A stretch of DNA of 64,000 bases from an uncultured Erysipelotrichaceae bacterium (GCA_945877405.1 CAMCSA010000003.1:20989-84988), one strand, 5' to 3'. Shown: positions 41,564-50,428, numbered from the stretch's first letter. Notes: generated by a model from the letters alone, not told the origin. Numbers and translations: made by a program.

Positions 41564-41845
41564 ATGAATCAGGATGAAAGAAAAATCTTACGCAGAAAAA
41601 ACAGAATGGAAACCGTCAGAAGATTATCTGCTGAACTGCAGTACATGCTTGGTGTCATGGTGGCATATATTCTTGTTTATCTTCTGTTTTATGGGATCTT
41701 CAAAGCTGTCTGTTTCTTTGTTTCTGTTCCTGTTGTGATACGTTTTATCGTATCTGTTGTTCTGTTTTATGTCAGTATGAAAGTGACTGGCGTGATTGCT
41801 GTATCAAAGGCGTTCAACCGTAATGTTCTGAATCCGAAAAACTGA
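41564..41845 (+). CDS. Small two-TM membrane protein, unknown function (start 41555 or 41564)
   Basis: Basic N-terminus (RKILRRKNRMETVRR) followed by two hydrophobic helices. Confidence 0.5.
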   Translation: MNQDERKILRRKNRMETVRRLSAELQYMLGVMVAYILVYLLFYGIFKAVCFFVSVPVVIRFIVSVVLFYVSMKVTGVIAVSKAFNRNVLNPKN

Positions 41846-41883
41846 ACTTGCACAAAATATTGCAATGTGTATATAATAGTCGA

Positions 41884-42096
41884 GCGTAGACATGGAACAA
41901 GTAAACTGAATGATGGCACTTGAAAGAGAGTCTGTGGCTGGTGAAAACAGATACCCGCATTCAGAAGAAGTCCTCCATCGAGCATTTTCCTTGAACATGC
42001 AGTAAAGGGAACGCATCCTGCACGTTACGCAGATTCAAGAAGCAAGCAAAGGTGGTACCACGTTTATGACGTCCTGTGTAATACAGGGCGTTTTTG
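41884..42096 (+). promoter_or_regulatory. T-box riboswitch leader of valS (probable GUC valine specifier) with terminator at 42070-42096
   Basis: Promoter TTGCAC-18-TATAAT (41848-41877), AGAGAG bulge motif, and candidate specifier GTC at 41970-41972. The T-box sequence AAAGGTGGTACCACG lies at 42048-42062. The terminator stem is CGTCCTGT/ACAGGGCG followed by T5. Confidence 0.85.
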
Positions 42097-42119
42097 TTTA
42101 TCACAGTAAAGGAGAGATC

Positions 42120-44732
42120 ATGGAAAGAAATCTTGCACAGAAGTATGATCATAAGGCTGTTGAAGAAGGCCGTTATGACAGATGGGTAAAGGAAGGCTAC
42201 TTTACCGCCGGAGACAAGTCAAAGGATCCGTTTACAATTGTTATTCCACCACCGAATGTCACAGGTATTCTGCACATCGGTCATGCATGGGATAACACAT
42301 TACAGGATATCATTTCCCGTTATAAGCGCATGCAGGGATTTGATACACTGTTTCTGCCTGGCATGGACCATGCCGGTATTGCTACACAGGCAAAAGTCGA
42401 TGCCCGACTGAAAACAGAAGGCATCTCACGTTATGATATCGGACGTGAAAAGTTTCTCGATCGTGCCTGGGAGTGGAAAGAAGAATATGCTGCTACAATC
42501 CGCAAACAGTGGGCAAAGCTCGGTAACTCCCTGGATTATGACAGAGAACGTTTTACAATGGATGAAGGTTTCAATGCGGCAGTCCGTCATGTTTTTGTCA
42601 CACTGTATAACGAAGGTCTGATTTACCGTGGATGGAGAATCATCAACTGGGATCCGGAAGCACGTACAGCACTTTCCAACATTGAAGTCTATTATCAGGA
42701 AGACGCCGGTAAGATGTACTACATGAAATACCGTACGGTTGAAGATGGCGAAGAATTTGTTGTTGCGACAACACGTCCGGAAACCATGTTCGGTGATGTT
42801 TGTATCGTAGTCAATCCGAATGACGAAAAGCGGAAACATCTGATCGGCAAGCACTGTATCAATCCGGCAAATGGAGAAACACTTCCGATTATCGGTGATG
42901 ACTATATCGATATGGACTTCGGTACTGCGATCATGAAATGTACACCTGCACATGACCCGAATGACTTTGCAATTGCAGAACGTCATGGCCTTGAAAAGCC
43001 GATTGTCATGAATCCGGATGGAACGATGAATGAAAAGTGTGGCAGATATGCCGGCATGGATCGCTATGAAGCAAGAGATGCGGTTGTTGCAGCGATTGAA
43101 GCGGATGGCAATCTGGATCATATTGAAGATATCGTTCATCAGGTTGGACACTCTGAACGTACACATTGCGTTGTTGAACCATATCTTTCCCAGCAGTGGT
43201 TTGTTCGCATGAAGCCACTTGCAGAAGATGTTTTGAAGAATCAGGAAAACCCGGATCAGAAGATCAACTTCTATCCGGAAAGATTTGAAAAGACATTTAC
43301 TCAGTGGCTGGAAAACATTGAAGACTGGTGTATTTCAAGACAGCTGTGGTGGGGTCATCGTATTCCTGCCTGGTACAATAAGGAAACAGGGGAAATGTAT
43401 GTATCGGAAACAGATCCGAGTGATCCGGAAAACTGGGTACAGGATGAAGATGTTCTGGATACATGGTTCTCCAGTGCATTATGGCCTTTTGCTACACTAG
43501 GATGGCCTGAAGATACAGAAGATTTCAAACGTTATTATCCGACTACAACGATGGTTACAGGATATGACATCATCTTCTTCTGGGTTGCACGTATGGCTTT
43601 CCAGGCACGCCACTTCACAAATAACAGACCATTTAAGGATGTTCTGATTCATGGTCTGATCCGTGATGCTCAGGGGCGTAAGATGTCCAAATCACTTGGT
43701 AATGGAATTGATCCGATGGATGTCATCAATGAATATGGTGATGATGCATTGCGTTTCTTCCTGACAACAAATTCCACACCTGGTCAGGATATGCGTTATA
43801 TTCCAGAAAAGGTAGAAGCAGCATGGAACTTCATCAATAAGATCTGGAATGCTTCCAGATTCGTATTGATGAATCTGCCGGAAGGGTTTGAAGAAAAAGA
43901 TGTTGATCTGAATCATCTGTCTCTTGCGGATGCATGGATTCTCAACAGACTGAATCAGACGATTGCCCATGTCACAGCAAACATGGAAAAATATGAGTTT
44001 GCTCTGGTGGGTAATGAACTGTACAGCTTTGTATGGAATGATTTCTGTTCCTGGTATGTGGAAATGAGCAAGTCTTCTTTGAACAGTGAAGATGAAAACA
44101 TCAGAAAGGCAGCACAGTCCACTCTGTATGTTACCCTTAATTCGATAGTCAGACTTCTGTCTCCATTCATGCCGTTTGTAACAGAAGAAATCTATCTGAC
44201 AATGCCTCATGCAAAAAAATCCATCAACCTGGAAAGCTGGCCTGTACAGATCGAAGGTATTGCTGACAGTGATCTTGTATCCATGGATCGCATCATTTCG
44301 GCGATTTCAAAAATCAGAGAAGTCAGAAATGCAAATGATCTGAAACCATCAGCACCATTGCATGTCATGTTGAAGGATCTCGATGGCAACATCATTCCTG
44401 TTGATGCAGGATTTGCAGCAATTCTTACCAAGATGGCAAAAGTTACATGGGATGATACTTTGAACGGTGATCTTGCGGTTGAAACAATCCATTCCGGTAC
44501 ACTGCATATTCCATCTTCTGAACTTTGTGATCCGATTGAGGAAATGAAGAAGCTGGAAAATGAAAAGGCAAGACTGGAAAAGGAACTGGAAAGATCACAT
44601 AAGATGCTTGGCAATCCTGGCTTTGTCAATAAGGCACCAGCTGCCAAGATCAATGCGGAAAAGGAAAAGCTTGCCGCATATGAGAAACAGTATCAGGCAA
44701 TTGTGGATCGTATGTCCGCACTCGCAAAATAA
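42120..44732 (+). CDS. valS: Valine--tRNA ligase
   Basis: PPPNVTGILHIGHAW (HIGH), KMSKSLGN, and C-terminal coiled coil. AAGGAGAG SD before ATG 42120. Confidence 0.97.
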   Translation: MERNLAQKYDHKAVEEGRYDRWVKEGYFTAGDKSKDPFTIVIPPPNVTGILHIGHAWDNTLQDIISRYKRMQGFDTLFLPGMDHAGIATQAKVDARLKTEGISRYDIGREKFLDRAWEWKEEYAATIRKQWAKLGNSLDYDRERFTMDEGFNAAVRHVFVTLYNEGLIYRGWRIINWDPEARTALSNIEVYYQEDAGKMYYMKYRTVEDGEEFVVATTRPETMFGDVCIVVNPNDEKRKHLIGKHCINPANGETLPIIGDDYIDMDFGTAIMKCTPAHDPNDFAIAERHGLEKPIVMNPDGTMNEKCGRYAGMDRYEARDAVVAAIEADGNLDHIEDIVHQVGHSERTHCVVEPYLSQQWFVRMKPLAEDVLKNQENPDQKINFYPERFEKTFTQWLENIEDWCISRQLWWGHRIPAWYNKETGEMYVSETDPSDPENWVQDEDVLDTWFSSALWPFATLGWPEDTEDFKRYYPTTTMVTGYDIIFFWVARMAFQARHFTNNRPFKDVLIHGLIRDAQGRKMSKSLGNGIDPMDVINEYGDDALRFFLTTNSTPGQDMRYIPEKVEAAWNFINKIWNASRFVLMNLPEGFEEKDVDLNHLSLADAWILNRLNQTIAHVTANMEKYEFALVGNELYSFVWNDFCSWYVEMSKSSLNSEDENIRKAAQSTLYVTLNSIVRLLSPFMPFVTEEIYLTMPHAKKSINLESWPVQIEGIADSDLVSMDRIISAISKIREVRNANDLKPSAPLHVMLKDLDGNIIPVDAGFAAILTKMAKVTWDDTLNGDLAVETIHSGTLHIPSSELCDPIEEMKKLENEKARLEKELERSHKMLGNPGFVNKAPAAKINAEKEKLAAYEKQYQAIVDRMSALAK

Positions 44733-44748
44733 AAGCTGATGTATTATA

Positions 44749-44784
44749 ATCTTCTTAGGATAAAATCCTTAGAAGATTTTTTTC
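44749..44784 (+). terminator. Intrinsic terminator after valS
   Basis: 12-bp stem ATCTTCTTAGGA/TCCTTAGAAGAT followed by T7. Confidence 0.75.
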
Positions 44785-44803
44785 TTCCAATAAGAGGTAC
44801 AGT

Positions 44804-45742
44804 ATGAGTAATCATGAAAAGAAACATACACTTTTAAAGGCAATTGGTATTACAGCTGCAGCAGGTGCTGCTGCCTATGGTGGCTATGGTTATTATGTTT
44901 TCCGTACATTTTTTGATCTGAGCAGATCATCACTTCATACAGATGGTCCTGAAAGTCTTCCATATGGATATGGGGACAGACAGGAATGGCTGGATCACAG
45001 TGACAGACAGGATGTCTTCATTGATTCCTTTGACGGTCTTAAACTGCATGGACATACATTTACAAATCATCCTGATTCTCATCGCTGGATGGTTACCGTT
45101 CATGATGCAGGTAAGGATTATCGAAGCCTGATGGATATGATCTATGAAGCAGATCACAGAGGATACAATGTACTGGCAGTTGATCAAAGAGCCTGTGGCA
45201 TGTCAGAAGGCAGATATACTTCCCTTGGCTGGGTGGAACATTATGATGTTATCTCCTGGGTTAACTGGCTTGTCAGAAATGATGCCCAGGCACAGATCGT
45301 TCTGTATGGAGCAGGGGTTGGAGGGGACACAGTCATGAACTGTGTCGGTGACTTCATGCCGAAAAATGTCAGAGCTGCCATTGAAGACAGTGGTTCGACA
45401 GGCGTCAGAGAAACTGTTCTACAGGGAATCCGCCTGATGCATAAGATTGATGGAAAGATGTTCATGCCTTCTGTTGACATGTATGTCAAACAGTTCCTGC
45501 ATTTCTCCATGCAGGATATCTCCACAAAGCGTCAGCTGCAGAATGCACGTATTCCGGTGTTCTTTGTTCATGGCAGTGAAGACGAAATTATTCCGACAAG
45601 CATGGTATTTGATAACTTCTATTCCTGTTCTGCCATCAAGGAGATCTATGTTGTGGATGGGGCATCTCACCTGCAGTGCCATAAGGCAGAAGATTACTAC
45701 AGACGCATCTTCAACTTTGTTGATACCTATTTCAATATCTGA
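44804..45742 (+). CDS. Membrane-anchored alpha/beta-fold hydrolase
   Basis: N-terminal TM helix. The nucleophile-elbow-like sequence is YGAGVGG where GxSxG is expected. C-terminal FVHGSEDEIIP and GASH. Confidence 0.75.
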   Translation: MSNHEKKHTLLKAIGITAAAGAAAYGGYGYYVFRTFFDLSRSSLHTDGPESLPYGYGDRQEWLDHSDRQDVFIDSFDGLKLHGHTFTNHPDSHRWMVTVHDAGKDYRSLMDMIYEADHRGYNVLAVDQRACGMSEGRYTSLGWVEHYDVISWVNWLVRNDAQAQIVLYGAGVGGDTVMNCVGDFMPKNVRAAIEDSGSTGVRETVLQGIRLMHKIDGKMFMPSVDMYVKQFLHFSMQDISTKRQLQNARIPVFFVHGSEDEIIPTSMVFDNFYSCSAIKEIYVVDGASHLQCHKAEDYYRRIFNFVDTYFNI

Positions 45743-45749
45743 TGGATTG

Positions 45750-45781
45750 CACCTTTCTGTAACACAGGGAGGTGTTTTTTC
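45750..45781 (+). terminator. Intrinsic terminator after the hydrolase gene
   Basis: Stem CACCTTTCT/AGGGAGGTG followed by T6. Confidence 0.7.
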
Positions 45782-45814
45782 TTGCTGGTAATATGGAAAG
45801 GGAGGCATTCTGCT

Positions 45815-45842
45815 TTGCTTTGTTTACGCTTTCATTTATAAT
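45815..45842 (+). promoter_or_regulatory. Candidate promoter TTGCTT-16-TATAAT of the ABC/HydF-like operon
   Basis: The -10 TATAAT (45837-45842) lies 6 nt before an ATG at 45849. Confidence 0.45.
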
Positions 45843-45848
45843 ACTGGT

Positions 45849-45982
45849 ATGAAATTCCAACCGAAAAGAGAATTCTGATCGGAAAGAGGTTCATCCAGAA
45901 ACATATTTTTGTGATGAGAATCTCCGGTTGGTCATGCGGAGATTTTTTGATTTCCGTATGTCAGAAAAGAAAGGGAGAGTTT
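45849..45982 (+). promoter_or_regulatory. Leader region with 9-codon mini-ORF (45849-45878) and intrinsic terminator (45917-45948) ahead of the transporter genes
   Basis: The mini-ORF reads ATG AAA TTC CAA CCG AAA AGA GAA TTC TGA. The terminator stem AATCTCCG/CGGAGATT plus T6 lies 35 nt before the ATG at 45983. Confidence 0.55.
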
Positions 45983-47122
45983 ATGAAATTACTCAAATCA
46001 CTGCTGGCAGTTACTCTGACTGTCACTCTTGCAGCATGTTCCTCTACCGGTACATCTGCATCATCTGTATCTTCTTCATCAAATCAAGAAGTCAAAGTAC
46101 CGGAAACAGTTACGATAACGGATCATGCGGATCGTACAGTGGAAGTACCTACAAATCCTGAAAAGGTTGCAATCCTTGGTATTTATCCGCTTGCTTCCAT
46201 GTTATCCGTATATCTCAACAGTGCAGAAACAATCGTAGCTATGGAACCAGCTTCTGCCAATGCGGCTAAAAACAGTGTTCTGATTGACCTGTATCCTGAA
46301 ATCGGTGATATCACAACGGATATTCTATCCGGGGAAGATCTGAACATCGAAGCTCTTGTTGCTTTGGAACCGGAAGTTGTTTATTACAATGCTGCCGATC
46401 AGGCAGATCTGGAAAAGCTGGAAAATGCAGGCATTACTGCTGTTGCATTCTCACCGACAAAATGGAAGTTTGATGTCATTGAAACATACAGACAATGGAT
46501 TGCATTACTGGATCAGATCTATCCATCTTCTTCCAAGAATGCAAAACTTGTTGACCACTATTCCACAGAAATCTATAACATGATTCAGGAAACAGTTTCC
46601 ACTGTTGAACAACCACAGAAGATTCTGTTCCTGTACCAGTATGATGAAAATGCAATGATCACTTCCTCTTCCCGCTTCTTTGGAGAATGGTGGGCAAAGG
46701 CAGCAGGTGGTGTCAATGTGGCATCTGATGTACAGGCTGAAACAGCCAATGCAAAGATCACAATGGAAAATGTATATGAATGGAATCCAGATGTGATCAT
46801 CATTACAAACTTCACAAAGGCTACTCCGGATGACTTATACAACAATGCCATCGGCACTGATGACTGGTCAACTGTCAAGGCTGTACAGGATCATCGTGTA
46901 TATAAGATGCCAATGGGTACATACCGTACATATACACCATCCTCTGATACACCAATGACACTGTTATGGCTTGCTCAGGCTGTTTACCCGGAACTGTTTG
47001 CTGATATAGATGTCAAGGCACAGGTCAAGGATTACTACAGCCAGCTGTTTGGTATTACACTCACAGATGAACAGATTGACAGAATGTATACACCAAATGC
47101 AGCAGCTTCTGAAATGAACTGA
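45983..47122 (+). CDS. ABC transporter substrate-binding lipoprotein, iron-siderophore/heme/cobalamin (FecB/BtuF, cluster A-II) type
   Basis: Lipobox LAACSS and a Ser-rich linker. Pattern is Peripla_BP_2-like (VAILGIYPL..., NPDVIIITN, W..VKAVQDHRVY). AAGGGAGAG SD. Confidence 0.85.
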   Translation: MKLLKSLLAVTLTVTLAACSSTGTSASSVSSSSNQEVKVPETVTITDHADRTVEVPTNPEKVAILGIYPLASMLSVYLNSAETIVAMEPASANAAKNSVLIDLYPEIGDITTDILSGEDLNIEALVALEPEVVYYNAADQADLEKLENAGITAVAFSPTKWKFDVIETYRQWIALLDQIYPSSSKNAKLVDHYSTEIYNMIQETVSTVEQPQKILFLYQYDENAMITSSSRFFGEWWAKAAGGVNVASDVQAETANAKITMENVYEWNPDVIIITNFTKATPDDLYNNAIGTDDWSTVKAVQDHRVYKMPMGTYRTYTPSSDTPMTLLWLAQAVYPELFADIDVKAQVKDYYSQLFGITLTDEQIDRMYTPNAAASEMN

Positions 47123-48117
47123 TGTTTAAAAACAGATATTCTGCAGTTATGACAGGCACAATGATTGTGCTTGTCATATTTGCCTTGTATGCCCTTTGTA
47201 TCGGGCAGTATTCGATTTCCTTTGAGGATCTGATACGTGCACTGACAGGAAAACAGCCACCTGCCAATGTCATAACTGTATTATTTAAAATTCGGCTTCC
47301 TCGCATTCTTGTATCGATTGGGGCAGGGGCAGGGTTATCTGCAGCAGGCGCAGCTTTCCAGTCCATGTTTGCCAATCCTCTTGCAACACCGGATACCCTT
47401 GGTACATCTAATGGTGCTTCCTTTGGCGCAGCCCTTGCCATTCTGCTTGGACTGGGAACATTTGGAATTCAGCTCAGTGCGTTACTTGCGGGCCTGCTTG
47501 CAATTGCACTTGTATTTGTGGTGTCTGGTGCTTCTAAGAAAAATGTATCAATCCTGACAGTTGTTCTTTCCGGTATGGTTATCTCATCTCTGTTTTCTGC
47601 TCTTGTGTCTTTTGTCAAGTTTGTAGCAGATCCAAATGATGTATTGCCTGTCATTACATACTGGCTGATGGGAAGCTTTTCTTCCATCAATCTGAAAAGC
47701 CTGTATACAGGATTACCACTCATCCTGATCGGTACAGTGATTCTGTATCTGATCCGCTATCGGATGAATGTATTATCGCTTTCCAAGGAAGAATCCATCA
47801 GCCTTGGTGTTAATCTGCCTTTGATCAGAACGGTCATCATCGTTTCCAGTGCTCTTGTTACAGCAAGTGTGACTGCCATGTGTGGTGTGATCAGCTGGGT
47901 TGGTCTTCTAATTCCTCATATTGCACGTATGCTTGTCGGTAATGATAACAGCCGTGTCATTCCATGCAGTATTGTATGTGGAAGTCTCTTTCTTCTTGTG
48001 ATTGATACACTGGCAAGAACAATTGCAATATCTGAGATTCCGGTATCCATTCTGACAAGCATGATCGGGGCACCGGTATTCATTGCACTGTTGAAGAAAA
48101 CAGGAGGTGATCTTTAG
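47122..48117 (+). CDS. FecCD-family ABC permease
   Basis: 331 aa with about 9 TM helices. Motifs RLPRILVSIGAGAGLSAAGAAFQ and NPLA.PD.LG. Confidence 0.9.
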   Translation: MFKNRYSAVMTGTMIVLVIFALYALCIGQYSISFEDLIRALTGKQPPANVITVLFKIRLPRILVSIGAGAGLSAAGAAFQSMFANPLATPDTLGTSNGASFGAALAILLGLGTFGIQLSALLAGLLAIALVFVVSGASKKNVSILTVVLSGMVISSLFSALVSFVKFVADPNDVLPVITYWLMGSFSSINLKSLYTGLPLILIGTVILYLIRYRMNVLSLSKEESISLGVNLPLIRTVIIVSSALVTASVTAMCGVISWVGLLIPHIARMLVGNDNSRVIPCSIVCGSLFLLVIDTLARTIAISEIPVSILTSMIGAPVFIALLKKTGGDL

Positions 48118-48897
48118 ATGACTGTTGAAGCAGTTGATCTTTCCTTTACCTATGGAGAAAGAATGATTTTGAATCATGTCAGCTTTATGATCCCGGATCG
48201 TTCCATCACAACAGTCTTAGGTCCAAATGGAGCTGGAAAAACCACATTGTTGAAAATACTGCTTGGATTTGAAAAAATGGATGGAGGAGAAGTACTGTAT
48301 GATGGAAAGAACCTTCATTCTATTCCATCAAAGCAGTTTTGGAACAGCATCGGATATGTACCTCAGGCAAGGCAGTCCATCTTTCCTTTAACGGTGGAAG
48401 AAACAGTACTGACAGGAAGAACAGGGCATCTTTCCATGTTTGAAAAGCCAGGCAGAAAAGATTATGCCATATGTGAAGAAGCAATGCACAAAGCAGGGAT
48501 TTCTCATCTGAAAAACAGAAGCTGTGCGACCTTATCCGGTGGAGAACTTCAGCTTGTTCATATCGCGCGAGCACTGGCAGGAAAACCTCGCATCCTTGTA
48601 CTGGATGAACCGGAAACCGGTCTGGATTTTGAAAATCAGCTGATGGTATTGCATCTGTTACAGCAGCTGAATCAGGAAGATGGACTGACGATTCTTTATA
48701 ACACGCATTATCCGGATCATGCTCTGGATTTTTCTGATCATACCATTCTGTTTATGGGAGAAGGAAAAATCGTTCATGGCTCAGGAAAACAGGTGCTGAC
48801 AAAAGAAAACATGGAACATGCATTCCATGTTTCAGTAGAAATCTTTACCGGTTTTAACAGGCATGCCGTCATACCGGTAGGAAAGGATCAAAAATGA
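48118..48897 (+). CDS. ABC transporter ATP-binding protein (FecE/BtuD type)
   Basis: Walker A GPNGAGKTT, signature LSGGELQ, Walker B ILVLDEP. Confidence 0.9.
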   Translation: MTVEAVDLSFTYGERMILNHVSFMIPDRSITTVLGPNGAGKTTLLKILLGFEKMDGGEVLYDGKNLHSIPSKQFWNSIGYVPQARQSIFPLTVEETVLTGRTGHLSMFEKPGRKDYAICEEAMHKAGISHLKNRSCATLSGGELQLVHIARALAGKPRILVLDEPETGLDFENQLMVLHLLQQLNQEDGLTILYNTHYPDHALDFSDHTILFMGEGKIVHGSGKQVLTKENMEHAFHVSVEIFTGFNRHAVIPVGKDQK

Positions 48898-50111
48898 CAG
48901 GGATTCAGGCAAGCACTTCAAGTGCCAACAGAACGCAGATCGGAATCTTCGGCAGAATGAATGCCGGAAAATCCTCACTGATCAATGCATTAACCGATCA
49001 GCCATCCGCTATTGTATCGGATGTACCTGGAACAACAACGGATGTTGTACGGAAACCGATGGAAATACATGGGATCGGTGCATGCCTGTTTCTGGATACA
49101 GCTGGATTTGATGATACAGGTATTCTAGCAGACAAGCGGATTCAGGCTACAGAAAAAGCGCTTGCTTCCTGTGATCTTGCGATCATCGTGTTCTTTGATT
49201 CAGATACATCACTGGAAGGAAAATGGATTGCAAAGCTGAAAGAAAGAAAAGTACCTGTGATGGGTGTTCTTTCACATATGGATGCATATTCATCCCAAAC
49301 CATACAGGAAAGGGTGGCTGCACTGGAAAAACAGTATGGACTGGCCGTGATCCCGGTTGACAGTACAAGTCGCCATGGTATTAAAGATGTTCTGCAGCAG
49401 CTGGTAAATCTTTCATCGGGTAAGAAAGAACAGCTCAGACTGCTTGATGGACTGGTTCAGGAAGGAGATACTGTCGTTCTTGTCATGCCACAGGATCCAC
49501 AGGCTCCTGTTGGCAGACTGATTCAGCCGGAAGTCATGACAATCCGGGAATGCCTGGATCGTAACTGTATCACAATCTGCGTAACACCACAGCAGCTTCC
49601 ATCTGCCTTAGCATCCCTGAAAAACAGTCCTGAGCTGATCATTACCGATTCCCAGGTATTTTCCAGCGTACATGAACTTTGTCCAAAAGGTACACAACTG
49701 ACATCCTTTTCCATCCTGATGGCAGGACTCAAAGGGGATATCCGGTATCTTTCCCAAAGTGCTGCAGCTATTGAATCCTTAACGGAAAACAGCAGAGTGC
49801 TGATTGCGGAATGCTGTACACATGCACCGATGGAAGAAGATATCGGAAGAGTAAAAATTCCTAATATGCTGCGAAAGAAAATAGGACAGGGACTGAAAGT
49901 TGATGTCAAAGCAGGTACGGATTTCCCAAGTGATGCATCCGACTATGATCTGATCATTCAGTGTGGTGGATGCATGTTCAACCGCAGATATATCATGTCA
50001 AGAATTGATCAGGCAAAGGCGGCAGGGGTACCGATGAGCAATTATGGTATTGTTATTGCGTATCTGAGCGGAATCATGAATCATGTCACATTACCAAAGG
50101 AGGAACAATGA
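48894..50111 (+). CDS. hydF: HydF-like GTPase ([FeFe]-hydrogenase maturation scaffold family) with atypical G4 and cluster-binding residues
   Basis: IGIFGRMNAGKSSLINALTDQPSAIVSDVPGTTTD, DTAG, and a C-terminal AECCTHAP...IIQCGGC cysteine set. SHMD stands where NKxD is expected. ATGA overlap with the ATPase gene. Confidence 0.75.
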   Translation: MTGIQASTSSANRTQIGIFGRMNAGKSSLINALTDQPSAIVSDVPGTTTDVVRKPMEIHGIGACLFLDTAGFDDTGILADKRIQATEKALASCDLAIIVFFDSDTSLEGKWIAKLKERKVPVMGVLSHMDAYSSQTIQERVAALEKQYGLAVIPVDSTSRHGIKDVLQQLVNLSSGKKEQLRLLDGLVQEGDTVVLVMPQDPQAPVGRLIQPEVMTIRECLDRNCITICVTPQQLPSALASLKNSPELIITDSQVFSSVHELCPKGTQLTSFSILMAGLKGDIRYLSQSAAAIESLTENSRVLIAECCTHAPMEEDIGRVKIPNMLRKKIGQGLKVDVKAGTDFPSDASDYDLIIQCGGCMFNRRYIMSRIDQAKAAGVPMSNYGIVIAYLSGIMNHVTLPKEEQ

Positions 50112-50356
50112 TGGAAACAAGAATCGCAGTCATCGCAATCGTTGCGGAAAACAGAAATCATATTGATGAAATGAATCGTGTTCTTTCTGCCTATGGGGAA
50201 TATATCATCGGCAGAATGGGTATCCCATATCCGAAAAAAGGTGTGTCATTGATTTCTGTAGCGGTTGATGCACCCAATGAAACCATTTCCGCATTAACCG
50301 GAAAGCTTGGTAACATTGAAGGTATCAATGTGAAAACAGCTTATTCCAAAGCCTGA
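50108..50356 (+). CDS. TM1266-family ACT/NikR-C-like small protein (annotated elsewhere as putative iron-only hydrogenase system regulator)
   Basis: 82 aa. IAVIAIVAENRNHIDEMNRVLSAYGEYIIGRMGIPY...ISVAVDAP matches my recollection of the TM1266 family. Confidence 0.7.
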   Translation: MMETRIAVIAIVAENRNHIDEMNRVLSAYGEYIIGRMGIPYPKKGVSLISVAVDAPNETISALTGKLGNIEGINVKTAYSKA

Positions 50357-50360
50357 ACAG

Positions 50361-50393
50361 AACGCGTATGACGATTCTCATATGCGTTTTTTT
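50361..50393 (+). terminator. Intrinsic terminator at the end of the ABC/HydF-like operon
   Basis: 11-bp stem AACGCGTATGA/TCATATGCGTT followed by T7. Confidence 0.7.
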
Positions 50394-50395
50394 AT

Positions 50396-50423
50396 GAAAA
50401 AAGCAGAGATTTCTCTCTGCTTT
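50396..50423 (-). terminator. Terminator after proS
   Basis: Stem GCAGAGA/TCTCTGC with a T-run on the minus strand. Confidence 0.65.
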
Positions 50424-50428
50424 GATTG

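Noticed and set aside
42066-42119. Upstream extension of the valS ORF (track start 42066)
   Set aside because: The extension overlaps the T-box terminator hairpin (42070-42096). The ATG at 42120 has an AAGGAGAG SD and gives the canonical MERNLAQKYD... ValRS N-terminus.
45911-45982. Upstream extension of the substrate-binding-protein ORF (track start 45911)
   Set aside because: The extension runs through the leader terminator hairpin. The ATG at 45983 follows an AAGGGAGAG SD and begins a normal lipoprotein signal peptide.
45849-45982. Cobalamin riboswitch upstream of the BtuF/FecB-like transporter
   Set aside because: The leader is only about 130 nt. I found no B12-box-like core (GCCACTG-type) or the multi-stem architecture. 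I retained it only as an unclassified attenuator.
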